This document shows positions 31,821 through 42,173 of a stretch of DNA of 64,000 nucleotides, in pieces. Where the stretch lies: contig OY829846.1 of assembly GCA_963691875.1 (NCBI GenBank), forward strand, positions 1,472,001-1,536,000, in the 5' to 3' direction. Numbering within the stretch: position 1 is the stretch's first letter; every line of letters starts with the position of its first letter. The DNA is from Aureliella sp. (GTDB lineage: Bacteria; Planctomycetota; Planctomycetia; Pirellulales; Pirellulaceae). Both the position numbers and the translations under genes were made by a program. The notes under the pieces were generated by a model. The model made no database searches, was not told where the DNA came from, and saw nothing but the letters and a program-made list of their open reading frames with translations.

Positions 31821-33108
31821 ACACATGCGGTGCGGCGTAATGGAAAGCAATCTGACATCGGGAAGCTCAAACCAATCTGGAACCTCGTTTCCATCCGCTG
31901 AGCAAAACTTGAGAATCTGCTCTGAAGCGTGAAGAGCAAATCAATGATGAGATTGGGGCTCTTTCCTGAACGTTTATTGATCCCTGCTGCAATTCAGGTC
32001 GGTTCTGCTAGCTCTATTCCCCATCAGCACCCTCAGGTGACTCCAGGGGCTTGGCGCGTCACTTGAAGCTGAACCGAATATTCTGGCAGTATAAAGTCCC
32101 GCATCGCTCACATTCGACGGACGGGTGATTGCCTTACATCACAAAATCACCTTGCTTCGCGCACAACGGGCAGGCAGTTTGTTTCTTGCCCAGCAGCTAA
32201 CCACATACCAGAGCTCCCGCAATTCCCAGTGGCACCGCTATATCCAAGCCAGTTGCTTGCAAGGCCTAACCGACTTGGCCACTCAAGAGGACGCTGGCAG
32301 CAGTCAGGAGTAGGTCGAGCATAGCCAACTTGCACGGATACAAGAACCAAAGACGGAAAAGCATGAGGAAAACTCGTCGGGCTTAACTTTGGCAAAGCAC
32401 TGAACTGGGCAAACGGGCCCTAGAATGCAATAGACCTGCGAAGCAATCAGCGGAGCACTACCGCAGCAAGCTGGTATCGCAATCTATTCCAAAGCAATTA
32501 CGATCCAAGTGGCCTTGATAGGAACACATGTCAACTGAGTCCAACGCCGGGCTCGATAGAAAAACCTACTGTGGAACACATAGATTCTAAAACTACGCCA
32601 AAAATAGAAACGACCTCGGAGAGTGGCGAGACGGCTGGAAAGTACGAGTGGAACTTCGTCGAAGTCGCCTCAGCTTCTAGCCGAGTCTCAATCGTCGGAA
32701 ATTCATTGGTATTGGTGAAATTCATGCGTAACTTTCGCTTTTCGCAGAAAACTCAACCTGTACTCTAGCTACCCCGATGACCAGTTGTTTCGAGAGGCAT
32801 TCTGAGGCAAATTGGTAGGTTCTCCATTTTCGCGGACTTAGCGTGTTTCGCGGTGAAGATTCCAGGAGGGTGAACGACCGCGAAATAATCTAAATATACG
32901 AAACTGAGATTTTGAAGCCTCAACTAGCGCTTCATGTCGGAGAGAACTTATCTGAACTTCGATAGTCTACGTTTCGAGCAACAGATGAGACACGGATGGA
33001 ATACGGATTCGATTGGTGAGGCAAGAGGCTTGACGCCTAGCGGCAGGCACCGGCTTGTTCGGACCTAGCCCGACGTTGGCAAAGTTGGCCTCGAAGGAGA
33101 TTACACGA

Positions 33109-34248
33109 CTATCTTCGAAGGAAGATCTGCGATTTGGAAGGCTGGACGGCTGGGGGAGATGTAGGGCCCCAAGAGATCACTGCTACAGATTCTTCCCCGT
33201 CTACAACCAGTGGTGTTGGTGTTTTAGTCACTTGGCGAGAAGTATTCGGTACACTGTTTTGCAACTTTAGGGCGTCGTTTGGTTGCCTAGCCATGCGTCT
33301 TGACTTCAATTTCTGGGGAACGAAAACTGGTGGCAGGTACTCCGGTACTTGGGGTGACCGTGAAGTCTGAGACTTAGTGCCTGGCCTTTGCGAAGCTAGC
33401 GCTGATGAAGAGCGAGTGTTGGCGACTGGTTGACGATTGCCAATTGTCGTGACAATGCGGGCGAACGCATCGCGGGCTTCAGGTGTGATTGTCTTGAGTC
33501 GAGCGGCTAAGTTTTTCGCTCCGACCGGCGACTGTTCGCAAACGTGTGAGATTTGCCCGATGAACTTAGCGGTTTCGACAAAGTTGTAATCCGCAGTCTT
33601 ACCGATGAAGGGTGCAACACTTCTGGCGACGAGGTCTGCGCCGAAACTATCGAGTTTCATAAAGACGTCCATAGTACCGCGAACGCGATTGGCACCAGCG
33701 GCCCCCTGCACAGCCTGCGTTTTCAAGACGCAGACGCAGCTGCCGGTAACTTTGCGTGGAGAAAGTGAGCCGTCATAGCTGCCTTCGCCGTAGTAAATGT
33801 GAACACCTCGGCTGGCATAAATCAAGGTGCAACGGCAAATCGTGCCTGCTCCATCGTTGCCGACAAATGTCAAGTCGTTCACGCGTTTGGCGGTGACTTT
33901 GGTGATGCCCATGACTTGCCAGATATTCACCATGACTTCTGGGCGACGGACCATGAAGGTGAACAAATCTGGATCGCAGGCTATCTCTTCTGTTGGCATC
34001 CGGCGAAAGAAGCTCGGATTGTCAACGACGCCTTGAACCTGATTCACGACCGAACGTGGCATGCTCTTGTACGGGATCCGTCGCTGTGCATCGGTTCGAG
34101 CACTTCGGCCGGAACTACCTTCGCGCCGCGTTTCCTGAGCGGACAGAGAAAATGGTCCGAGGAGCGACAGCAGTATTGCTAGCCATGCGACGCGGCGGAG
34201 CAACGAGGGTGCGTAAGTCTTCCGCGCACTGAGCAGTCCAGTTTGCAT
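33109..34248 (-). CDS. Hypothetical secreted protein
   Basis: Signal peptide ending LSA-Q; ordered core (FRRMP...RPEVMVNIWQVMGIT...DVFMKLD...NFVETAKF) and low-complexity tail. Confidence 0.8.
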   Translation of the reverse strand: MQTGLLSARKTYAPSLLRRVAWLAILLSLLGPFSLSAQETRREGSSGRSARTDAQRRIPYKSMPRSVVNQVQGVVDNPSFFRRMPTEEIACDPDLFTFMVRRPEVMVNIWQVMGITKVTAKRVNDLTFVGNDGAGTICRCTLIYASRGVHIYYGEGSYDGSLSPRKVTGSCVCVLKTQAVQGAAGANRVRGTMDVFMKLDSFGADLVARSVAPFIGKTADYNFVETAKFIGQISHVCEQSPVGAKNLAARLKTITPEARDAFARIVTTIGNRQPVANTRSSSALASQRPGTKSQTSRSPQVPEYLPPVFVPQKLKSRRMARQPNDALKLQNSVPNTSRQVTKTPTPLVVDGEESVAVISWGPTSPPAVQPSKSQIFLRR

Positions 34249-34510
34249 CGCTTCGCCTGTCGCCTGAGAATCCGCCCTAAATCCTTATGCAGCCATCGTG
34301 GCTGCCAGTCGCCGCCTAAGTCACCTAGCTTTGGCAACTTGCCAAATAAGCCAGGAGCATCGGCAGTCTCATGCGTTTCAGAGAGACTTGCTGTGCAATT
34401 TTTTGGCAGCGCCCTAGATCTGTATTCGGCGATCCTTCAACGCTTCGATAGCTCAACTGCCCAGCTCGCAGATTTGTTGCCGATCCCACGTATAGTGCCC
34501 CGGTTTTATC

Positions 34511-35500
34511 TTGACCTTGAGGCGAAAGGCTGAATCTGCGAAAAATCTGCGCAGAAAATTTGTCTACTTGAACGCAGTCAATGCGGCGATAGAGGACTTC
34601 TTTAGGTTGAATCAGAAACCCTTACAAATTCGTTTTCGCTCTCTGCCAACGCAAAGTGAAACGACATCCCAGCGAATAGGTGCGTCTACGTTACCTGCTC
34701 AGCGTTCGCTGATTGGCAAACTTGCAGAGCACTCGATTTTGTTCCTGCTTGGGTTGCTGACGACCTTCGTATCCTGGGAATACTTGCCATGGTCGTATTC
34801 CGAAGATCGCAATCCGCTTTCGGCCAGTTCAAGTTCCTCTCGCAATCAGTCTCAGTCTGCACAACCCGCGACGCCCTACTCCGATGAAGAAGATTTGGCT
34901 CCTGGTTTTCCAGAAATACTTCCGCCAGCGTTGCCCCAGCCGGAAGATTTTGAGGAGTATGAAAATCCTCTGAGAGCTCCTCGAGCCCTCGAAACGGACT
35001 CCCTGTCACCTATTACTTTCGATGCTCGAATTAAGAGCCGCGTTCTCCGCGGGGTAAAACCATCTGTGCGACGCAAGCCATTGCAGAACGCAAAGGCTTT
35101 CCCAATCTCAGATCGCCTTGAAGTCAAAGAAGCTGTGGTAGTGCGTCCCAAGAGGTCTATCTTAACAGCAATTCATTCGATGGATGGGGCTGACCCCGAA
35201 TCATCTCTGTCGGCTCGTTCCGAACTGGAACTGGTCAAGTATCTGAAGAGATATCCTCAGGAGACGCGTCGTGCCGCCATGGTCGAGCTTCAACTGCGAG
35301 GGTGGATACCAGCTCAGATCATGACAGCTATGGAATTGAGCCATGGAAGCGTCGAACGCAAGCTAGAGTTAATAGGCACTTTGGTCGAAGACAAAAATCT
35401 CAACGCCACCCCATGGCTGTCGTGGTTGGCCGACTCGGAAGACCGCATCATTCGCCAAAGAGCTCGCGAACTTCTTCAGGAGCCAAATGTTTCTCGCTAG
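34511..35500 (+). CDS. Hypothetical membrane-anchored protein with a C-terminal HEAT-like helical domain; start uncertain
   Basis: TM (ILFLLGLLTTFVSW), S/P-rich linker, PWLSWLADSEDRIIRQRARELL. Confidence 0.7.
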   Translation: MTLRRKAESAKNLRRKFVYLNAVNAAIEDFFRLNQKPLQIRFRSLPTQSETTSQRIGASTLPAQRSLIGKLAEHSILFLLGLLTTFVSWEYLPWSYSEDRNPLSASSSSSRNQSQSAQPATPYSDEEDLAPGFPEILPPALPQPEDFEEYENPLRAPRALETDSLSPITFDARIKSRVLRGVKPSVRRKPLQNAKAFPISDRLEVKEAVVVRPKRSILTAIHSMDGADPESSLSARSELELVKYLKRYPQETRRAAMVELQLRGWIPAQIMTAMELSHGSVERKLELIGTLVEDKNLNATPWLSWLADSEDRIIRQRARELLQEPNVSR

Positions 35501-35677
35501 CAAATTGTGCCGAGTATTCTGCATTCGATTCACTGCAGAAGCGCGCAAAGAGCCACTAAACCACAACTAGATTCTCATCTCGTTGGGCAGCCCAAAATTT
35601 TTTCTCGCCGACGGAGATTTTAGACAAATCGATGCACGGCGACCATCTAGAAAGATCTGTGTTAAACTGTTCGTGAT

Positions 35678-36107
35678 ATGCCAGTTGGAGCAGGACGATT
35701 AGAACTCATTCGACAGTCTGCTGAAGTCTGGGAGAATGCCGAGGTCGAGCATTGGTATCACTGGACCGATTCTTGCCAGGTTGCTTTGGAAGAGTTGCCT
35801 GCCTTCGAGAAACTGACAATGAAGCCCAGCATCTTTCGCAACTTACAACAACTTGGGCGTTTTCGCTAACTTCACCCGCTTGGTTGCAATGCGAGATATG
35901 CAGCTTGGGCAAGCAATTCTTGAGCCAGCTTTGAGCGGACCGACTTGGCTGCACCACATCACTCGCCCTTGGCACGACAACAACCTTGTCATGGGAGTGG
36001 CGGCATGGGGTGATTCCGGTTGGGCGATGAAAAAAGTGCTCAACCTATCGGAGAAACTTGTGGCGAAGGACGATGTTTATCTACTCCACGTATCTGTTCT
36101 CTCGTAA
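35678..36107 (+). pseudogene. Possible frameshifted gene remnant of unknown family
   Basis: Two overlapping short ORFs (35678-35869 and 35853-36107) with protein-like composition filling the gap between convergent genes. Confidence 0.3.
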
Positions 36108-36162
36108 GCGATATCGAAAAGATTTTGCAGGCGACTTGTTTTGAATACTACGTTTTTTCGCC

Positions 36163-37998
36163 CTATCGATTGCGAATCGAAGCGACGACTTTCTCTGCAA
36201 TTTCTCCGCAGTTGATGACGTTGCCGCCGGTGATAATGTTCCCGTCTTGAACCACGATTGCATCGCGGTCACGAAGGAGTTCTTCGGTCCAATTTGCTCC
36301 GTAGGATGACTTTTCGGCCGCGCTCAAGTACCGGCAATTCGCGACGCGTTTGCCGTTTAGAATGCCGGCCCGCCCGAGCACCGAAGTTCCAGCACATACG
36401 GCGGCAATGGTCTTTTCTTGTTCGATCATCTCGCGGAGAAAGTCCTTCGCTATCACTCGATGAGTCGAATCGAAGGCGTACGCAGTCTCGAATGCATCCT
36501 TGCCATTCCAAGCACCCGTAAAGATAACAGCATCAATTTCACTGACCTGTAGTGTCGCTAGAGTCTCATTGATCTCAACGACTAGCGGTTCTGCGTCGGA
36601 TGAACTGCGATGCACAAAACGTACACTGCCAGTTTGTTCCGAAACGAACCGCACTAATAGTTTAGACTCGCTACGCAGTTTCTTTACGATTTGATGCACC
36701 TCTGGGTGAAAGGCACTCCTCGACGGCATGACAATGGCGACTCGAAGTTCGCTCCCGTCGGATCCGATTTGCAATGGCAGCCCCCACTTGCAAATGAACC
36801 AAACTGCTGCAGCAAGAAGCAAAACTAATCCAATGACAAATGCAACTCTCGAAAACTCATGTCGCAGATTGCCTGCTTCGCTGGTCACAGGATCCTTTTC
36901 GATCTGCTTCAAGGCTTCAATGATCACATCGTATGCTTGCGGTCGATCATCGGGCTCCTTGGCCATCATGGATTCAACCAAGCGAATCAATGCTGGTGGA
37001 ATTTCGGCAGGTTGGCTATTGAGAGAAGGCGGAGCGTGTTCAAGGTGCGCAGCCAGTTTTTCACCCACAGAGTGTTCGGTAAACGGTGCTGAGCCGACCA
37101 ACATGAAGTAGAGAGTGCAACCAAGGCTATAAATGTCGCTGCGTTCATCCGCACTTCGCGAATCTCGGATCTGTTCGGGAGCAATGTAGTCTGGTGTTCC
37201 GAATAGTTCTCCGTCGAGTGTAACAGCGTCGCCTGTTGACTCGTGCAGTAGCTTGGCAAGACCAAAGTCGGTCACCTTGATCTGCTCGTCTTTCAAAATG
37301 AGGACATTTTCGGGCTTCACATCACGATGAATCATCCCTTGTCCATGAGCATATTTTAGCGCCGTCGCAATCTGGATTCCGATTTGGCATATCGCTTCAA
37401 TTCCTAGATCACTGCGCTTATGGATATAGTCAGATAGCTTCTCTCCTTCGACCATCTCCATGACCAAGAGGAAATTTCCGCCGATCGGTTCCGCGTCATA
37501 ACTATGCACAATATTGGGATGATTCAGCTGAGCCGCTACAACGATTTCTTGCTGAAATCTCGCAAGAGCCCGATCGTTGTCCAGCCATTGCGGTCGCAGC
37601 ACTTTGATAGCAACCTCGCGATTCATCGTTGGCTGCAGCGCGTGGTAGACGTTCCCCATTCCTCCAGAGCCAAGCTTTCCAAGAACCTGATACCGCGGAT
37701 GTTGGGCTAAGACGCTGGGGATTCTCTCTTCCTTTTCTTGGACAACCGAAGCCGTATCCAGATTGAGAAGACGGGCACTCAACGTGTCCTTAGCCCCTAT
37801 TTGCTCGGAAATCTTTTCCAGCCTTTGCGAGCCTTCCGGTCCAGAATTCAAGTAAGTTTCGACTACCCTCTGCTTGCCAGCCTCCAGCTGCCCAAGCAGG
37901 AAATCGGCTAACTCGGTTTCAGTCGGAGGACTGTTTTCAGAGTTGTTGCTAGTGTCCATATGCGGCACGACAGTTTGTATCGCAGGTAGTTTCGTCAA
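36163..37998 (-). CDS. Hanks-type Ser/Thr kinase with N-terminal degenerate anti-sigma domain, one TM and C-terminal DJ-1/PfpI domain
   Basis: LGSGGMGNVY, VAIKVL, HRDVKPEN, DFG, GTPDYIAPEQ, DIYSLG; TM VAFVIGLVLLLAAAVWF; DJ-1 motifs DAVIFTG, AAVCAG, VVQDGNIITG. Alternative start ATG 37959. Confidence 0.92.
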   Translation of the reverse strand: MTKLPAIQTVVPHMDTSNNSENSPPTETELADFLLGQLEAGKQRVVETYLNSGPEGSQRLEKISEQIGAKDTLSARLLNLDTASVVQEKEERIPSVLAQHPRYQVLGKLGSGGMGNVYHALQPTMNREVAIKVLRPQWLDNDRALARFQQEIVVAAQLNHPNIVHSYDAEPIGGNFLLVMEMVEGEKLSDYIHKRSDLGIEAICQIGIQIATALKYAHGQGMIHRDVKPENVLILKDEQIKVTDFGLAKLLHESTGDAVTLDGELFGTPDYIAPEQIRDSRSADERSDIYSLGCTLYFMLVGSAPFTEHSVGEKLAAHLEHAPPSLNSQPAEIPPALIRLVESMMAKEPDDRPQAYDVIIEALKQIEKDPVTSEAGNLRHEFSRVAFVIGLVLLLAAAVWFICKWGLPLQIGSDGSELRVAIVMPSRSAFHPEVHQIVKKLRSESKLLVRFVSEQTGSVRFVHRSSSDAEPLVVEINETLATLQVSEIDAVIFTGAWNGKDAFETAYAFDSTHRVIAKDFLREMIEQEKTIAAVCAGTSVLGRAGILNGKRVANCRYLSAAEKSSYGANWTEELLRDRDAIVVQDGNIITGGNVINCGEIAEKVVASIRNR

Positions 37999-38579
37999 TC
38001 GAGGAGGTCTTTTCCGGCAAGTCTAAGTTTGTTCATGATTCGCGATTTGGCAATGAACACACTGTTGACGGTGATTCCCAGTTGCTGCGCGACCTCCTTT
38101 GCTGCAATCCCTTCGATGGCAACTCGCCGGAACGCTTCCCAGCTCTGCTGCTGAAAGTCGTCTTGGATCCGCTTAAGCAGTGATTTCAATACTTCTTGAT
38201 CATACTCTTCCTGCCAGATACGGCTCAGTTCGCTGCATTCGTCGGCCAGCTGTTCGAGTGATTCTTGAAAAGAGGAGTTCCCGGTGGCAATGGGCCGAAT
38301 CTTGTTCTCGCGCCAGAACTCAAGCAAACAATTCCTGGTAATCGATCGCAGCCAAGACCGAAAGGCTCCGGTGTTTCCAGAGTGCTTGAAGGCTCCCAGT
38401 TTGTTCGACACCACAAGCAACACAGACTGCGCGAGATCTTCAAGGTCATTGGCCGGAGTACCAAAACGAAGCAACCATTTTTCAATCAGCGGCTGGTACA
38501 ACTCAACCATAACCTCCCAAGAGCCTTGGTCCTCCCTGTTCTTCAGAAGATCTAAAAGGCTAAGAGAAGTTGATTGCAC
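37995..38579 (-). CDS. ECF-type sigma-70 factor, kinase-associated type
   Basis: N-terminal STSLSLL, region 2 DLEDLAQ and FRSWLRSITRN, region 4 AKEVAQQLGITVNSVFIAKSR; stop overlaps the kinase TTG start. Confidence 0.94.
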   Translation of the reverse strand: MQSTSLSLLDLLKNREDQGSWEVMVELYQPLIEKWLLRFGTPANDLEDLAQSVLLVVSNKLGAFKHSGNTGAFRSWLRSITRNCLLEFWRENKIRPIATGNSSFQESLEQLADECSELSRIWQEEYDQEVLKSLLKRIQDDFQQQSWEAFRRVAIEGIAAKEVAQQLGITVNSVFIAKSRIMNKLRLAGKDLLD

Positions 38580-38690
38580 AATTCACCTGCAAGCTATTGA
38601 AAACCCAATTTTGGATTCTAATCTCTGCGAGCAAATAATTCTGCACCTGCCGTCGTGTTTAAGTTGACCAACTAAATGAGAGCGAAAGAT

Positions 38691-39467
38691 CTATATGCGG
38701 CGTCGCCTCATGCCGATCCCGACCAGACTGCAAAGCATGACGACAAAACTACTAGGCTCAGGGACAGCAAGAGACGAAGCGTCGAGTCGAACGTTGTCAA
38801 AGTCGACTTCGAGATCGGGTGAGGTAGCTTGAGTGAATCCTATTGGGATGTTGTTCAGATTGACGAGGCGAATCCCTAGGTTCTGTCCAAGCAGAGCATG
38901 ATTTGCCATGGTATCAAACTGAATGGTCGAGGTCTCAAACTCCCCTTCGGCAATGTTGAGCAAGTCGTTGTCGCTAGCGATAACTTGGCCACCTGCCAAC
39001 AAGTCGATGCGGTACCCGGGAAATTCGTCCAGGTTGAAGAAGGCACCGTTTGTCGCGAATCCAGATGCGATGTTTCCGACATCGACAGAAAGCGTGTAGG
39101 ACATATTGGCTTGAAGAGTTTCGCCAAGTGTTTGTTCAAACCCGTATTCGCCGTCTCCTTCGCGGGAACTATTGAAAAGAATCGAGACACGCGCGCCTTC
39201 CGGGGCTGTTGTGTTAAAGAATTCGGTGCCATTGGGTAGCAAAGTTCCAGTGAATACGCCTGCACTCGGCACGATTCCGTTCGGGTCATACAGATCCCAA
39301 CCCGTTGGCGTACCAAAAGTAAACTCATTGAAAACGCTCTGCCCTGACAGGTCTTCGAATCCGTAATTCGATACCGTCACAAGATCTGCGTGAGCGGGTT
39401 TTGATGAGTTAACTGCCGACAGCGTGAGGAGAATGGCGGTCGCTTGGAGAAGATAAGATCGAGACAT
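38691..39467 (-). CDS. PEP-CTERM sorting domain secreted protein
   Basis: Signal peptide ending AHA; C-terminal VPEPSS, TM and RRRRI; N-x-x-FE...FDNVRL carbohydrate-binding-like fold signature. Confidence 0.92.
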   Translation of the reverse strand: MSRSYLLQATAILLTLSAVNSSKPAHADLVTVSNYGFEDLSGQSVFNEFTFGTPTGWDLYDPNGIVPSAGVFTGTLLPNGTEFFNTTAPEGARVSILFNSSREGDGEYGFEQTLGETLQANMSYTLSVDVGNIASGFATNGAFFNLDEFPGYRIDLLAGGQVIASDNDLLNIAEGEFETSTIQFDTMANHALLGQNLGIRLVNLNNIPIGFTQATSPDLEVDFDNVRLDASSLAVPEPSSFVVMLCSLVGIGMRRRRI

Positions 39468-39965
39468 ACCGAGTACTTTCAAGAGAGAAACGTGCGAGAC
39501 AGTATCAAATGAGGAATCTGTCGTGTTTCTTTCAGCGATTTTCAGAAAATCTCAACATCCTGATTCTTGGAAGCCAACTGCGCATTTTCGGCACATCTTG
39601 TCACAGCTGCATCTGCGGGAAATCCACTAACGACACTGCGTCGATAGGCCCAGTTGATCACCCAATCTTTCTTGGCGATATCCGTGTTCGGTAGCGACGA
39701 TGAGGCTTGATGCGCATACGTCGAACGTCTTGACGGTCTGCGTCCCAGCAACTGGCGATGTAGAGGTCGTTGTAATTGATAACTTCGGTGTGAAATACGG
39801 CTTCGGCTTGAACATTGAGAGACGCTAAGCAATGGGGATATTAGCCAGCAATTCCAGTGTTTTCCTCTGAATCCTGACATTTTCGCACGGAATACCTGGC
39901 ACCAGGTCACTAACAGATAGAGGGTCACTTTGCCCGCTCTCCCGTTTTTTCTCATCTGGTGCCGC

Positions 39966-42173
39966 ATGCGTCTTACTTTGCGAACTCTTCTTGCCTACCG
40001 TGACGGAGTCCTCAGCCCACTGGATGCGGAGGACATTAGCCGCCGCATCCACCAGAGTGAGGATGCAGCGAATCTGCTGAAGCGAATCGAAGCCTTAGCG
40101 GCTCAACCTGAAAAAGCTTCGGCAACAGTTGTCGGCAAAGGGCTTGGCGGAGACCCCAATTCTCTGGCCGAATACTTGGATGACATTCTGGCTTCGGAAA
40201 GCATTCCAGAGCTGGAAAAGACCTGCCTGCAGTCGAACGAGCGACTTGCTGAATTGGCGGGCTGCCACAGCCTACTTTCGAGTGCAATGAATAAGCGAGT
40301 GGATGTACCCGAGACGTTGCGCGAGACTGCACTCAAACTTGGATCTGCGGAACAGCGCAAGAACATTGAAGCTGAGCTCAAGAAGCGTCGTAAGAATTAT
40401 CGTGATGCTGGGACTCAGCCCACAAATAAAGAGGAGAGCCAAAAATCAGAAATCGTCGTTCAGTCGCCGATGCTCGCTTCCTCTGGAGATTCGATCAAAG
40501 AAGAAGGTCTGGATCTCGAGGGGGCCTCGTTGGCTCAAGAAGTTCCGGAGTATCTGCAGGGCTCGTCTGAGGCAAACTGGAAGCTACCCGTTGCAATCTG
40601 TGCTGTCTTTACTTTGTTGGCAGTTCTCCTGTGGCAAGCACTTGGACCGGTTGATTCTGTACTCGAGATGTTTGCAAGCAAGGAGCAAAAACCGACACCG
40701 GAGCTGGTCGACAAGGAAGTCGGTGCTAGTTCTGAGCCAACACAAGGTGACCAGCCTCGCGATACGACATCACCAGATTCTGCCCCGAGCGATGCCCGTG
40801 GTTCGACGGTCGATGCCGCGAAACCAGCAAAGTCGCCCAGAACTCCTGCCAGTAATGAAACCGCGAATATCGAAACACCAAGGCAGGGCGTGAGCCCCGA
40901 AAAAGCATTGCCCGCATACGATCCACCTAAGGACACAGCAGACAAAGTAGCTGCAGACAATGGTGATTCCTCACCTTCCCCAACTCCCACCGAGCCGCCG
41001 GCAGATGCCGCTTTAATTTGGGGTGGAAACAAGCAGTCTTCTCAGGGAGTGCTACTAGTCCGAGCTGACGGCAAAAGGTTGGAGCAATCCAGATATGGAG
41101 CTGGAATACTGGATGGGCAGGAGTTCGTGCTTGCACCCTTTAGTCATTTGAATCTTGTCGGCCAGGACGTGAATTGGGAAATTGTTGGTCCCATGCTTGG
41201 TGAGGCGAGCAAGAGCGGTTTGAACCTCAAACTTGGGAGGTCGCTTTTGTCTGCCGCTCAACCAGGTGCTGAGGTTGAGCTTGAGTCTGCACTCGGAAAA
41301 GTAAAAATCAAGTTTGTTGACGCGAACAGCAAAGCAGCCGTCGAAATGGCGTTCCGCCGGAGCAAGCATGGTTCCCTGTTTGAGACAGATGTACTGAGGC
41401 CGGTATTTCTCGTCACCGCCGTCGACGGGACATTGGAAGTCACAGAAAGTGACTCGGGAGTCATGTACAATCTGGGATTCACGAAGGGGATTGCTGTCAT
41501 TGGTGATTCGCAGGGCAAGCGAGAAGTCAAGAACTTTCAACTGCACCAAATACCGGATTGGTATCGAATGTCTCTGCCGCGCGCCATCGATCGCGAAGCA
41601 CTGCTGGAGCTCGAACAAGATCTTGTGCTTGATCCGACGCGAAACGAAAAAACCCTTCAACAGGTGCTTCAACGTTTGACCAAGAGTAGACGTCCTGAAG
41701 AAGCAGCACTCGCGATTCAACTTCTAATGCTGCAAGGAGATTGGTCTGGTTTGGCTCATCCCCGCTGCTTAGCGAATCCGCAGATGAGTATCCATTGGCA
41801 AAACATCATTGATTTACTCGGGCCTGCGATAGCGTTGAATCCGATCAAAGCTAAGCAACTTGAACCGGCTTTGGTGAATGCTTTTCCAGATGGCAAGCTC
41901 GTTTACAAACAGCTTTTCGGACTAGACGAGAAAAGTGTGACGGGTAATCGCGCTGGAATGTCTGAGCTCATCGAGCAGCTCAAGTCAAACCGTCTCGCCA
42001 ACCGTGCGACGGCGTTTCTGGAACTTTATCGGCTGACTGGCGAGAAACATAGCTTCCAACCTCAAGAGCCAAACCATGCTAGCGTTTTAACCTGGCGTCG
42101 AGAATTCAGTGCAAACCGACTGCCACTGCTGGATCCGCAGGCTTTGGTTTGGGAAGCGGAAAAGCCCCAATAA
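39966..42173 (+). CDS. Conserved-looking hypothetical bitopic membrane protein with anti-sigma-like N-terminus
   Basis: MRLTLRTLLAYRDGVL and LAEYLDDIL helices, TM (LPVAICAVFTLLAVLLW), P/S/T linker, beta domain and helical C-terminus. Confidence 0.85.
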   Translation: MRLTLRTLLAYRDGVLSPLDAEDISRRIHQSEDAANLLKRIEALAAQPEKASATVVGKGLGGDPNSLAEYLDDILASESIPELEKTCLQSNERLAELAGCHSLLSSAMNKRVDVPETLRETALKLGSAEQRKNIEAELKKRRKNYRDAGTQPTNKEESQKSEIVVQSPMLASSGDSIKEEGLDLEGASLAQEVPEYLQGSSEANWKLPVAICAVFTLLAVLLWQALGPVDSVLEMFASKEQKPTPELVDKEVGASSEPTQGDQPRDTTSPDSAPSDARGSTVDAAKPAKSPRTPASNETANIETPRQGVSPEKALPAYDPPKDTADKVAADNGDSSPSPTPTEPPADAALIWGGNKQSSQGVLLVRADGKRLEQSRYGAGILDGQEFVLAPFSHLNLVGQDVNWEIVGPMLGEASKSGLNLKLGRSLLSAAQPGAEVELESALGKVKIKFVDANSKAAVEMAFRRSKHGSLFETDVLRPVFLVTAVDGTLEVTESDSGVMYNLGFTKGIAVIGDSQGKREVKNFQLHQIPDWYRMSLPRAIDREALLELEQDLVLDPTRNEKTLQQVLQRLTKSRRPEEAALAIQLLMLQGDWSGLAHPRCLANPQMSIHWQNIIDLLGPAIALNPIKAKQLEPALVNAFPDGKLVYKQLFGLDEKSVTGNRAGMSELIEQLKSNRLANRATAFLELYRLTGEKHSFQPQEPNHASVLTWRREFSANRLPLLDPQALVWEAEKPQ

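Noticed and set aside
30979..31824. 281-aa minus-strand ORF
   Set aside because: Overlaps leuD antisense by ~300 nt and has no domain signal
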